Below are positions 25,292-38,181 of a stretch of DNA of 64,000 nt, piece by piece. This DNA is from Geosiphon pyriformis uo1 (lineage: Eukaryota > Fungi > Glomeromycota). A program made the translations under genes and the position numbers. The notes below the pieces were generated by a model. That model ran no database searches, had not been told where the DNA came from, and worked only from the letters and a program-made list of their open reading frames with translations. Numbering within the stretch: the stretch's first letter is position 1; each line of letters opens with the position of its first letter. Where the stretch lies: assembly GCA_016748015.1 (NCBI GenBank), contig JAAOMT010000046.1:582697-646696 (forward strand), written 5' to 3'.

Positions 25292-28200
25292 TAAAAGTGG
25301 TGTTTTTTGTAAAATTGTCAAAATCCACTTATTTTTTTTATTGTATGGATAATTATTTATATTTGTCACAACAATTAGAAAAACACTTTGCAATATACAA
25401 CAAAAACAACCTAAATTTTATTAAATTCAATTCTTTGCTCTTCTGCTTAATCTGTTTTCTATTGAAAAACAATTCAGTAAACAATTTCAAGATTTTTGGA
25501 ACTGATTCTTAAACAAATATTCAGCTGAAATCTATATAGTCTATACAATCTATTTTTTTGATCAAGCTTACTTTGAAAAAACTTTTGAAAAGTAAAACAA
25601 CTATATTAATTAACTTTTATATTCAACAACTTTTGACTAACAGTTTTTTGATTTCAAATATTTGAATTATCAAATCCATATCTGAATTGTTGTCTATTAA
25701 TTAATTAAAACTTTCTTTAAAACAGAAAAAAAAAATTACCAAACTGTTTTTGTTTTTGATTCTTTTTTAAATAAATTAAATCATTCTATACAAACAACTA
25801 TTTTTGAACTAATAGTTGCTAATCTTATATAAGCAAACATTTTGATTGTTTTTTAAGACATACAAACTGCTTTAAAGTGAAAAAACAACATTTTATTACC
25901 ATTATTTAGAGATAATATATAAAATTCAATTAAATAATTAAACAATTTTGAAAAAACAGCTACAGTCAACCAATATAATGCTAATTACAAATTCTAAATT
26001 GTTGATGACTATTTTCAAGGCTTTTTTGCTATTTAATTCTCACAAAAAATTGATGTTAGTGTTCTCTAAAAAAATTTTAAATAGATATTAACAAATACTA
26101 AAGAAGAAAATATCTCTTTTACTATTTAGTTTAAAAATAAATTTAAGACTTCCATTTTAATTTCCAAATAGTATATGGAATTAGAAAAAAAAATTCAAGA
26201 CTTTGATAAAGTTGTAACTAAATATGTCAAAGCAATAAAAAATTTTATCAAATAAGTAGACTCTGAAAAAAATTAAACAAAAAACAAAAGATTTATTCTT
26301 TTACAAAAGTATTGAAAACTAACTTATCTTATGTTCTTTGGTTTTTTTTGGTCCTAAAAAATAATTTCTTTACACAAATAATTAAAAACAATCAAAAAAT
26401 GCATTTAGAATTCATACTTCCAGTTTTTGTTTCTGCTTCTGTTATGGTCCCTGTTGTACAAATAGCTATTATTTTTTTTGCTCTTTAAACTTAAAATTTT
26501 AATAAACAATTAATAGATAAACTTACAGCCAATCTTGCCTGGTTATTAGAATCATTAACTTAAGCAGTTAGAAAAACTCAGCAATTTCAAAAACCTAGAT
26601 TTAAATCTTGTTTTAATTAATTTTAGTAGTCTCTTTATTAAAGACAAAAAATTATGGCCCATTTGTATATTATTACTGTAGATTAATTAAACATTTTTTA
26701 AAAGATTACAACAATTTTTTTTTGTTTTCTCCAACTTTTAAAAATAATAATAATTAAAACAACAGATCTATTAATAATAGTGTTCTTAATTAAAGACTTA
26801 ATTATATTAATATCAATTTTTTTGGAAAGAATTTTCTAGTTAAAGCCACTATTTATTAACTTTTAAACTAATAGATACATCTCTAAAAAGTAAGAGTACA
26901 AGCCAACCAGAAAAAAACTTTTTTTTTATTTTTAACTTAATTGATAATAATTATAATATAAATAAACTGGCTATCAATTCTTTTAAGTCTATAAAAAAAA
27001 AAAAAAAGCCAAAGTTGATTTTACCACAAATTTTAACAAAGTTTTAATTTTTACTATTAATAACAATAAGTCATCAAAAGCTAAAGTTTTTAAAAATTCT
27101 TTAAAGTTGAAATCTTCAGAGATAGTACAAAAATCTCATAGAAACTTTTGCATACATTATTTTTGGCCAATTAATAACCTATTTATAGTTTAAAAAAATC
27201 TTCACAAATTTCTGATTTTAAAAAAAAACACTAAAGACTAATAAATGTTCTTATTAAGCTAGACTTGTTAATAATAACAATATTATTTCTTTAATTTGCA
27301 AAGTTCAAGTGGGTGGTTATTTTATTGATTTAATTCTAAACAGTAAATAATCTGTTAGTATTATTGTTAAATACTTTTTTGAAGCAATTGACAGAAAGAT
27401 TAATAAATCTTCTACTTAACCAATAACTAATATGCATAAAAATAAAATAAAAAGTCTGAATATTATTAAAGCTGTTCTTATTTGCATTAATGACATTAGA
27501 ATTAAAACTGAAATAAAAGTATCTTAAGTTAAAAAATACACCATAATTGTTGACAATAAATAGCTTAAAAAAACCAAAGTTTTACTTAACTATAAACTGT
27601 GTAAATTAAACATCAAATATAGAAAGAAGTCTATTGTAATTAAGTACTGTTATTAAACAATTTTTTCAGTATTCAAACAAAGCTCAGAAAAAAAATAATT
27701 AAATGATAAAAAAAACAATTATGAAAAAAATAAAGAAGAACAAAAAAAAACTGCTAAACTTGTTTATATTATCTTTATCAATAATGACAAGTCATTAAAT
27801 AATATTAAAGCTAACAAAAAAAGAATTATTGTAAATAACAAACTAATTTGCTGGTTCTACTATAATATTTTTAGAAGAATTTTTAATAGAAAACTTGACA
27901 AAAAAGCCAAATATAGTTATTAATAATATGGTTCTTATACTTAATACTAGTACAATAAACTATTGTATTCTTTTAGTAATAAATACAAATTCTGCTTAAT
28001 TTATTACAAAAATTGGAAATTTATTAGCTTAATATTTAAAAAAAAATAAAAGAAGTACAAAAGTTCTTTAAAAATGAATTATTAAAGATATAGTTATTAA
28101 TAGTAAAACAAAAAAAACTCTTTTTTGAAGAAAAAAAAGTAAACATTAAAAACTTACTAATTAAGAATAGTCCAGTTATCTCAAAAAAAAGTGATATTTC

Positions 28201-29049
28201 TAGATGTATTTATATAATACAACATACTATTACCACCAGAAACTTGTTTTATTCATTTAAAATCTTATTAATCTAATTGTCATAATAATAATTTCATCAA
28301 GAAAGAAATAAACTGAATAAAAAACCTTGAATTTATACAAAAAACCAAGAGTAAATAAGCATTTTCAGTTGTAGTAATATTTACGAAAAGTAAAATTCTA
28401 CATTTCTGTATTAACTATTGCCAATTAAATATTATTAAAAGAGATATATACTTATTTCTCAAATTAATGCAATACTAAATCAATTTAATAGTGCTGCTTT
28501 TTTTTCAATTATTGATTTAACTATTGAATTTTAACAAGTAAAAATGGATCCAGAAAGCAGAAAAAAAAACCACTTTTATTACCAAATACAGCATATATAA
28601 ATTTACAGTTATGCTTTTTGGTCTTACCAATATTTTTCTTATTTTTAACACTTAATAAATAAAATATTTAAATCAGTAAAAAAACTTTGTTTTGGTCTAT
28701 TTGAATGACATAATAATATACACAAAAACCTAAGATGAACATATTAAACATTTATAAAAAGTTTTTAATCTTTTTAGAAATATTGGTCTTAAAATTAATT
28801 TAATCAAATTTTTTTTAAATAACAATTTACTTAATTTTTTGGTCATTTTATCACAAAAGATAGAATCTTCTCTGATTTAGCCAAGATTGAAAAAATCCAA
28901 AATATTAAATAATCAATAAACATTCATAAATTATGTTTTTTTTTGATTTGGTATTTTATTATTGAAAATTTATCAAAAATTTCTCCAAAATTACTTTTTC
29001 TCTTAATTAGCTACTTAAAAAAACTGTTAATTATTACTGAAATATACAT

Positions 29050-30019
29050 TGTTATCAGTAGAATTTTAGCTATTAATTAGCATGAAATTATTCTCATAAT
29101 TCTTATTAATAATTAGCATATATTATTATCATTTTGATTATCACTTATTATTTAATCAAATTATCAAATATCATCATTCAATTAATAATCCGATTTGTAT
29201 TATAGAAATTAAGATAATCAAATTACACAATACTCTGAACCATTTAAAATAGTCAAAATTCGTCGAAATTGATAAAAATTGGCCGAAATAATCAATAGTT
29301 TGTAGAAATAACTTGTAGTTTACTGAAATGTATTTTTAATTTACTGAAATTAGAGAAAAGAGAAAAATGCAAGTTTAAAGACTAGTACTACAACAAGTTG
29401 TATAAAAAAAGAGCTCCTCTTTTTAAGAAAATGTATTTTCTCATAGTATCTTATCATAGTATGTTACTTTAAATATCAATTAGAACAAATTACCTTTTAC
29501 ATATCTCAAATAAAAATTGAATATTTAAAAACCAAATTCTTTGATTATTATACTTGAAATTTTTTCAACACAACTAACATTTTGAAATTAATTAGCTACC
29601 AATTTCAGTAATCTGTTAATAACTCCAGGCCTGGATAAAAAAACGTTTTTCTTGACACAATTCTATTTCTTTCACATTTTTTTTTTTTTCTTTTTTTTTT
29701 CTTATCATAATTATTAAGGTAGCCAACAAATAAGATTCTTGTAGAAGAGTTGACTTTTATAACAAAGTAATTACACATTTTAATAAGCTTTCAGATAAGC
29801 ATTCTTGAAAAAAAGTTGATATTTACTACAATATAACTATACAAAGTAATTGGTACAGAATTGGCCATTTTACTTATAAGCATAACAGTTCAAATTATAG
29901 AAGATAATTTGAAGATAAATTCAGTTATTGGAGGTTCAACTGCTTCCAAAAAACGTGAAAATAGCAACAAACAAACATTAACAATATTCAAGAAAAGAGA
30001 CCAAAAACCTCCAGTAACA
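29050..30019 (+). mobile_element. Solo LTR of family A inside C1 pol (RT/RH linker)
   Basis: TGTTATCAG...CCAGTAACA, TSD acat/acat. The flanks rejoin to match C2 at ~35660-35680. Confidence 0.93.
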
Positions 30020-31231
30020 ACATTAGCAAAAAATTGTTGAAACTCTAAAGAAAAACTAGTCATTAAACCAATTCTTATGTAATCTAATCTAAATTAATCT
30101 TTTATTTTTTATATTGATATATTTGGCTTTAGACTTAGTGTTATTTTTTTTCAGAAAGATTAAAATAACAAAGAGCATATTATAACTTATGTCAGCTAAT
30201 TACTTTCTTTAGCAGAACAAAACTACTTAATTATTGAACAGAAATGTTTAGCAGTAATATGAACTACTAGTTATTAAAATAAATATCTTCTTGATACCAA
30301 ATTTCTGGTGATAACAGATTATTAAGTCTTGGTTTAGCTGTAAAAAAAAAAAGCTGAAACATAAATGAATAATTTGCTGGATACTTTACTTAGATAAATT
30401 TAACTATAATATACAATATTACAAAGAAGCTTATAATCAAAATATTAATATTTTTTTTAGACTTATTATCTAGTAATAATACAATCTTCTTAAACCAAAT
30501 CAACTTAATTATTAATAACTTCTTCTTAAAATAAACATGATAATAAACTTGGACAACTATTTTGTCTTAATAAAATTTTTGGATAAAGAACAATATTCAT
30601 CAAAATATACTTAACAGCAAAAAAAATATTTGCAAAAACAATTAAATTTCTATTTGATTTGTCAAAACCAATTATAAAATAAAAATAAAAAAAACACTAA
30701 TTGTTCTTAAAGAGTCATTAGATTTAAAAAATAAAAAATTGTAATTTACAATATATATACTAATTTATTAGCTAAACATTTTGAAAAGACTAAAATAATT
30801 CAAAAAATACTTGCTTATTATTATTAATTTATCTTAGAAAAAACATTGCTGAATATATTAAAATCTGTAATATCTGCCAAAAAAAAAAAACTCAATCACA
30901 AAAAAAATATTTATTTAATTTTTGTTGGGTAACTATTTAACAAAATTGGTATAAATATTGTTAAACCTTTAATTATAATTCCTAATAGCAATAAATACAT
31001 TATCACAACTATTAACTATCTTATAAAATAAGTAGAAACAAGAGTTATTTCAGATTAAACAGCAGTTTTTATTGTTAACTTTATTTATAAAGACATTATT
31101 TGTCATTATAACTATTGTTATAGGTAAACTGGTAGAGTATTGTTATGGTTGAAACCCATAATTTTTATTAGTTATCACATGTATTAGCCACTGATGTCAT
31201 ATAATTAACCATTCTATTTTTAGATAGTAAT

Positions 31232-31312
31232 CATTGATCTGATCAATGACCTGACCGTTGACCTGATCATTGACCTAATCATTGACCTAGTTGTTGACCT
31301 GGTCATTGACCA
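31232..31312 (+). repeat. 12-bp tandem repeat (ttgacctgatca-like) in family C U3
   Basis: About 6-7 units here. Copy number differs at 24645-24760, 38243-38285 and 56641-56695. Confidence 0.8.
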
Positions 31313-31883
31313 CTTTCATTAGCTATATAAGTAATGAGTCTCTTAGCTGTAGAAAATCATCTCTCAGACAAGAATTAAATAAATAAAAATAACAACTTTC
31401 ATCTCAATTACTCTCTTATCACTAATTTCCCTTTCTCTATCTTCAAGTATCTGAACATTTTAGGATAAAAGATTACTTGTTGGCCTTTTTCTGTTTGAAT
31501 AATTATAGTATTTGAAGACTATTTGTATAAACATGACTGAAGAGCACAAGTTGATACCTGATATTGAATTCTAAGAGTGTTAATGTGAAGGCATAGAATT
31601 AATACTAGTGGTGATCAATTGTTGATAGTACAGACTATCCCTCTACCTTCAGATTCTCTTGTTACTTTTTGAAAAGAATAGCGACTGAGATATTTTATGA
31701 AACTGATCTCGCACATTAAATCCATACTCATTCAATTCACTCATTGAAGTTGAATTCCCTTTGATTATTTCCATTACCCTACAATCCTGTTCTCCCTTGC
31801 TATCCGTTAACTTGTTACTTCAACCCGTAGCATAAAAGTGATGCTCTCTGTGAGGTTGTCAAAATCCATTTGTTTCTTTATTG

Positions 31884-33444
31884 TATGGGTGATTATTCAT
31901 ACCTACCACAACAATCAGCAGAACACTTTGAAGCACACAACAGAAATGATTTAGACTTTATTGAACTCAATCCTTTGCCATCCTGCTTAAATTGCTTCCC
32001 CCTTGAAGAACAATCCAGTAGACAATTCCAAAACTTTTGGAACTGGTTCCTGAATGAGCATTCAGCTGAAACCTACACAGTCTACACAATCTATTACTTT
32101 GACCAAGCTTACTTTGAAAACAACTTTGAAGAAAGAAACAACAATATCAATCAGCTCTTATACTTAGCAACCTTTGAACAACAACCTCCTGAATTCGAAT
32201 ATCTAAATTACCAAATTCACATCTGAATTGCTGCCCATCAATCAGCTGAAACCCTTTTTGAAACAGAAAAAGAAAGTTACCAAACCACTCCTATTTTTGA
32301 TTTCTTCTCAAATGATTCAGATCATTCCACTCAAACAGTAACTTTTGAACCAATGGCCCAAAATCCAATGCAAGCAAACATCCTAGCCACCCTCCAAGGC
32401 ATACAAACTGCTTTGGGGTAAAGAAACAACACTTTATTACCATTATTCAAAAGTGATACACAAGATTCAATTGAATGATTGGACAATTTTGAAAGAACAG
32501 CCACTGCCAACCAATATGATGATGAGTACAAGTTCCAAATCATTGGTGGCTACCTTCAAGACTCTTCTGCCATATGGTTTTCACAAGAAACCAATACCAA
32601 TGTCCAACACAGAATTATCAGATGGACACCAGCAGATGCAGGAGAAAACAATACCTTTTTCACTATCTGGTTTGAAAACAAGTTCAGAACCCCAATCTTA
32701 ATATCTAAATGGCACATAGAACTGGAAAAAAGAACCCAAGATCCTGGTGAAGTTGTAACTGAATATGCTAAAGCAATCAGAAAGTTAATCAAGTAAGTAG
32801 ACTCTGGAAGGAACTGAACAGAAGAACAAAAGATTCACTCCTTTACAAAAGGATTGAGAACTGACTTATCTTATGCTCTTTGGCCTCTTTTGGCTCTAAA
32901 AGACAACTCTACAATGGATATGGCTATTGAACTTGCCCAAAGAATTGAAAATAACCAAAGGATGCATCTGGAATCCACACTTCCAGTTTTTGCTTCTGCT
33001 CCTGTCATGGCCCCTGCTCCTCAAGTAGCTGCTACTTCTTTTGCTGCCCAAACCCAAGACCCAAATGAACAATTGATAGATAGACTCACAGCTAACTTTG
33101 CCCGGTTATTAGAACCATTGGCACAAGCAGTTAGAGATAACCAGCAACCACCAAGACTTAGATATGAATCTTGTTTTAACCAGTCCCAGCAACCTCCCTA
33201 TCAAAGACAGCAAAATCGTGGCCCATCTGTGTGCTATTGTTGTGGATTAACTGGACATTATTTAAGAGATTGTAACAATCCTCCACTGCCTCCTCCAGCT
33301 CCCAGAAACAATAACAACCAAAACAACAGACCCAACAACAACAACAACAATATCCTCAATCAAAGACTCAATCATGCCAACATCAATTTCTTTGAAGAGG
33401 ATCCCCTAGTTGAAGCCACTGTTTATTAGCCTTTAAACTGGTAG
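31884..33444 (+). pseudogene. C2 gag
   Basis: Capsid-like region (ORFs 32479-32796 and 32854-33429) and zinc knuckle CYCCGLTGHYLRDC. Natural stop TAG at 33442-33444. Confidence 0.88.
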
Positions 33445-33480
33445 GTGCATCTCCAAAGGGTAAGAGTACAAGCCAACCAG
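33432..33480 (+). promoter_or_regulatory. Putative -1 ribosomal frameshift signal (T TTA AAC plus downstream stem-loop)
   Basis: Heptamer is in gag phase, two codons before the gag stop. The -1 frame is the pol frame. Conserved in C1 and C3. Confidence 0.75.
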
Positions 33481-36122
33481 AAGAAAACCCTTTTTACATT
33501 TTTAACTTAACTGATGATAACCATGACATGGATGAACTAGCAATCAACACCTCAGAACCAACCAGAAAGAAGAAGAAAGCCAAAGTTAATTTCGTTCTAG
33601 ACACCAACAAAGCCTCAACTTCTGCTGCTGATAACAATGAGCCACCAAAGGCTAAAGTTTTTAAGAATCCTCCAAAGTTGAAACCCCCAGAAATTGTACA
33701 AAAATCTGGATCCTATTTTGTTGTCAAAGATTTCATGGAAACCCCAGCACATATTACCTTTGGCCAGTTAATGACCCATCTACAGTTCAGAAAGGATCTT
33801 CACAAATTCTTGATTCCAAAGAAGAAGACACCAAAAACCAACAAGCACCCTTGCCAAGCTGGACTTGCTGACAACAGCAATTTCACCCCTCTGATTTGTA
33901 AAGCCCAAGTGGCTGAATACTTTATTGACTTAATTCTGGACAGTAGATCATCTGTTAGTGTCATTGCCAAACACTTCTTGAAAGCAATTGGTAAAAAGAT
34001 TGATGAACCTTTCACCAGACCAATAACCAATGTACATGGTAACAAAAAGAAAGGACTGGATATTGCCAAAGCTGTTCCTGCCCGCATCAATGGAATTAGC
34101 ATTGAAACTGACATAGAAGTTTCTGAAGCCAAGAAATACACCATCATTGTTGGCAATGAATGGCTCAAGAAAGCAAAAGCTTTGCTTGATTATGAACTTT
34201 GTAAATTAACCATCAGATGTGGTGAGAAACCCATTGTGGTTAAGTGTCACCATTGGACAACTTCTCCAGTACCCAAACAAAACCAAGAAGAAGAACAATC
34301 AGATGAATCAGATAATAAAGAGAGTGATGAAAAAAAAGAACAAGAAGAGCAAGAAGAAACTGCTGAACTCGCCTATATCACCTTTACCAGCAATGGCAAA
34401 CCACTGGACAATGTTAAAGCAGACAAAGAAGAAATTATTGTAAATGGCAAGCTGATCTGCTGGTCTTATTATGATATTCTTAGAAGAACCTTTAAAAGAA
34501 AACCTGGCAAGAAAGCCAAATACAGTTTTTGGTGACATGGTCCTTGTGCCTGGTGTTAGTGCAACAAACCCTTGTATTCTCCAAGCGATGAATGCAAATC
34601 ATGCCTGATCTATTACAGAGATTGGGAACCAATTAGTTTGATACCCAGAGAAGAATTGAAAGAAGTACAGAAGTCTTTTGAGAATAAACCACCTGAGATC
34701 CAATTACTAATTGTAGAACAAAAAGAACCCTCCCCAGAAGAAAAAAAAATAGACATTGAAAATTTGCTGGCTAAAAATAGCCCAGTTATCTTCAAAGAAA
34801 GTAATATCCCTAGATGTACCCATGTAATACAACACACCATCACCACCAGAGAAACTTGACCCATCTATTTGAAGTCTTATCAATCTAATCGGTGCAATGA
34901 TGAGTTTATCAAGAAAGAGATAAACCAGATGAAAGAACTTGGATTCATACAAGAAACCAAGAGTGAATGGGCTTTTCCAGTTGTAGTGGTATCCAAGAAA
35001 GATGGAACACTATGCTTCTGTGTCGACTACCACCAATTAAATGCCATTACTGAAAGAGACATGTACCCACTTCCCAAGATTAATACAATGTTAGATTAAT
35101 TCAAAGATGCTGCTTTCTTCTTAACCATTGACTTAACTGCTGGATTCTGGCAAGTAGAAATGGATCCAAAAAGCAAAAAGAAAACTGCCTTCATTACCAA
35201 GTATGGTATCTATGAATTCACAGTCATGTCTTTTGGTCTCACCAACGCCCCTTCCACCTTTCAATGCTTAATGGATAAAGTATTTGAATCAGTCAAGGAA
35301 AACTTTGTTCTAGTCTATTTGGATGACATAATGATATACTCAAAAATCTGGGATGAACACCTGGAACATTTGCAAAAGGTTTTTGACCTCCTTAGAAATG
35401 CTGGCCTCAAGATCAACCCAATCAAATCTTTCTTTGGAAGACAATCCATCCAGTTCCTTGGTCATCTTATCACAAAAGATAGAATCTTTCCTGACCCAGC
35501 CAAAGTTGAAAAAGTCCAAAACATTAAACAACCAATGAACATTCATGAACTATGCTCTTTTCTTGGTTTGGCCTCTTATTATCGCAAATTTGTCAAGGAT
35601 TTCTCCAAAATCACCTCTTCTCTCAATCAGCTACTCAGGAAAAATGTCAATTACTATTGGGGAACACATTAGCAAAAAGTCTTTGAAACTTTAAAGGAAA
35701 AACTGGTTACAGAACCCATCCTCAAGCAACCTGATTTAGATCAACTCTTTATCCTTCACACTAATGCATCTGGCTTTGGACTTGGTGCTGTTCTCTCCCA
35801 GAAAGATGAAGATGGCAAAGAACATGTCATAGCCTATGCCAGTAGAACTTTTTCCCCAGCAGAACAGAACTATTCAGTTACTGAACAAGAATGTTTAGCA
35901 GTAGTATGGTCTACCAGTTACTGGAGTAAGTATCTTCTTGGTGTGAAGTTTTTGGTAGTAACAGATCACCAAGCTTTGGTTTGGCTGCACAACAAAAAGA
36001 GGCTAGAACACAAATGGATAACTCACTGAATACTCCACTTGGATGAATTAGACTATAATATTCAACATCACAAAGGAGCTAATCATCAAAACGCTGATGC
36101 TTTTTCTAGACTTATTATCTAG
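33432..36122 (+). pseudogene. C2 pol: protease, acidic and Cys-rich spacer, RT, RNase H (no dUTPase)
   Basis: LILDSRSSVSVI, FCVDYHQLN, YLDD, FLGLASYYRKF, TNASG, TDHQAL; ends NADAFSRLII**. Confidence 0.92.
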
Positions 36123-36186
36123 TAACAGAACAACTCTCTCAAACCAAACCAACTTAATTATTAGTAATTTCCCCTTTTTGACAAAC

Positions 36187-37423
36187 ATGATAATGGACTT
36201 GGACAACTACTCTGTCTTAATGGAATTTTTGGGTAAAGAACAATACCCACTGAAATACACATGACAACAAAGAGAACATTTGTGCAAACAATCAAATTTC
36301 TATTTGATTTGCCAGAACCAACTTTATAAAAGAAATAGAAAAGATTCTGACCGCCTCCAGAGAGTCATCAAATTTGAAGAAAGAGAAATTGTGATCTACA
36401 ATATGTACACTGATCCATTAGCTGGACACTTTGGAAAAACAAAAACAATTCAGAAAACTCTAGCTTACTATTATTGGCCTACCTTGGAAAAAGACATTAC
36501 TGGATACATCAAAACCTGTAATATCTGCCAAAAAAAATATTCATCCAATCTTTGTTGGTCAACCCTTTGACAGAATTGGTATAGATGTTGTTGGACCTTT
36601 AACAATAACTCCTAATGGCAACAGATACATTATCACAGCTACCAACTATCTTACAAAGTGGGTAGAAGCAAGAGCCACTCCAGACTAAACAGCAGTCTCA
36701 ATAGCCAATTTCATTTATGAAGATATCATTTGTTGCCATGGCTGCCCCAAAAAATTTTTATCTGACAGAGGAAGAGCTTTTCTTAGTACACTTGTTGAAA
36801 AACTTTGCAGAAAAATGGGAATACATCACAAACTTTTCTCTTCTTATCACTCCCAAACAAATGGCCTAGTGGAACATTTTAATAGAACACTATGTGAAAC
36901 CCTAGCCAAAACCAGCAAAGAAACAAACTTATGGAACAAAGTACTGTCTTCAGCTTTGTTTGCTTATAGAACTGTGAATTATGACATAACAAGTTATGAA
37001 TCCTTTTATCTACTCTATGGACGAATAGCAACCCTACCAATAGAAACTGACATTGAAACAATACCCTTTAAAGAAATAACAATAGGGAATTACAAAGACA
37101 TTTTGCAAAGAAGACTTGATACCATTCTTGACTCATTAGTAGAAGCATGGATAATTGCCTTTGAAAAGATAAAACAATTCCAAGAGAAGCTTAAGAAAAA
37201 AAAAACATATAAAACACCTTCCTTAAGTGTTGGTGACTTAGTTTTAGAATACCGTTCAGACAGAGACAATGTCTATAGTGATAAATTCTCTAGCTGGTGG
37301 AAAGGACCCTTTATAGTCAACAAAGTTTTGAACAATGGTTCTTATATTTTATAAGATTAATATGGAACAATCTTCAATGATTACTCTGTTCATGACACAC
37401 GATTCAAGAAATATCACAAATGA
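36187..37423 (+). pseudogene. C2 integrase, stand-alone ORF
   Basis: ATG at 36187/36193, DPLAGHFG..CNICQ, GIDVVGPL, QTNGLVE, WKGPF tail. Confidence 0.88.
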
Positions 37424-37428
37424 CTTGA

Positions 37429-38181
37429 TTGGTTATCTGTTGTGGTAATACTGACCTAAATGATCAACAAAAATCAGATATAAATAAATGTACCATTCCC
37501 AAAACAAAGATATCTTCAATTGACATGAACAATTATTTCCTAAATCAAAACATTCAAAATGCTTTCTACACTCTCCATAAGTACTGGATCAAAAATTATC
37601 CAAATGCTACTTTGACCATTGGAAAACAAACCACCATAACTGATAACAGTAGAACACATACTGTTATTAGACCAAAAAAAACCACTACCAGAAGAGAAAG
37701 AATTGGTAGCAAAATGGATAAGTATTTGCTGGAAAGCATAACAGCAGCAATACTTATACCTTCCATAACAATTGAAAAAACGATTAAGAAAATCTTGCCC
37801 ATAGACAAAAACTTGTCATATAGAAAACAACTAGAACTCTATAGTCATTTTGGTGAAATCATAGAAGAAATGAAGCTCATAAAGAAAACAACTTCAGAGA
37901 TACAAGTGGAAATTTTAAGCATTATATGTTTAGATGTTCCAAGAGTTTTGATCATTGCAAGAAGAGCCAAAACTCTTATACAAAGATTTGGTCTCTTGGA
38001 TACAAAGCTTATTTCATCTCAAGTACTATACACTCTATCCACAAAAGACTTCAACAAACTAGTTAGTTTTGAGTTAGACAAAACTCTTCAATTAGAATAC
38101 CCTATAAATAGCTTGATTTCGCCAGAGCTTAATCTCTTTGAAGAGGATGATGTTATGGTTGAAACCCATAATTTTTATTAG
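37429..38181 (+). CDS. C2 ORF3, unknown function; reads through the PPT into the 3' LTR
   Basis: 250-codon uninterrupted frame (first ATG at 37525). Degenerate copy in C1 at ~55860-56580. Confidence 0.7.
   Translation: MVICCGNTDLNDQQKSDINKCTIPKTKISSIDMNNYFLNQNIQNAFYTLHKYWIKNYPNATLTIGKQTTITDNSRTHTVIRPKKTTTRRERIGSKMDKYLLESITAAILIPSITIEKTIKKILPIDKNLSYRKQLELYSHFGEIIEEMKLIKKTTSEIQVEILSIICLDVPRVLIIARRAKTLIQRFGLLDTKLISSQVLYTLSTKDFNKLVSFELDKTLQLEYPINSLISPELNLFEEDDVMVETHNFY

Noticed and set aside
31530-31600. CTGAAGAG in the C LTR as a hammerhead ribozyme core
   Set aside because: No stem II followed by GAAA, and the core is not conserved (ttgaagag or ctgaaaag in other copies).
31625-31645. Group I intron S-like motif (reverse complement GAGGGATAGTC)
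   Set aside because: No matching R element or P7 pairing found, and it lies within an LTR.
37429-38181. ORF3 as an envelope gene
   Set aside because: No signal peptide, transmembrane segment or cleavage motif visible, and it is too short.
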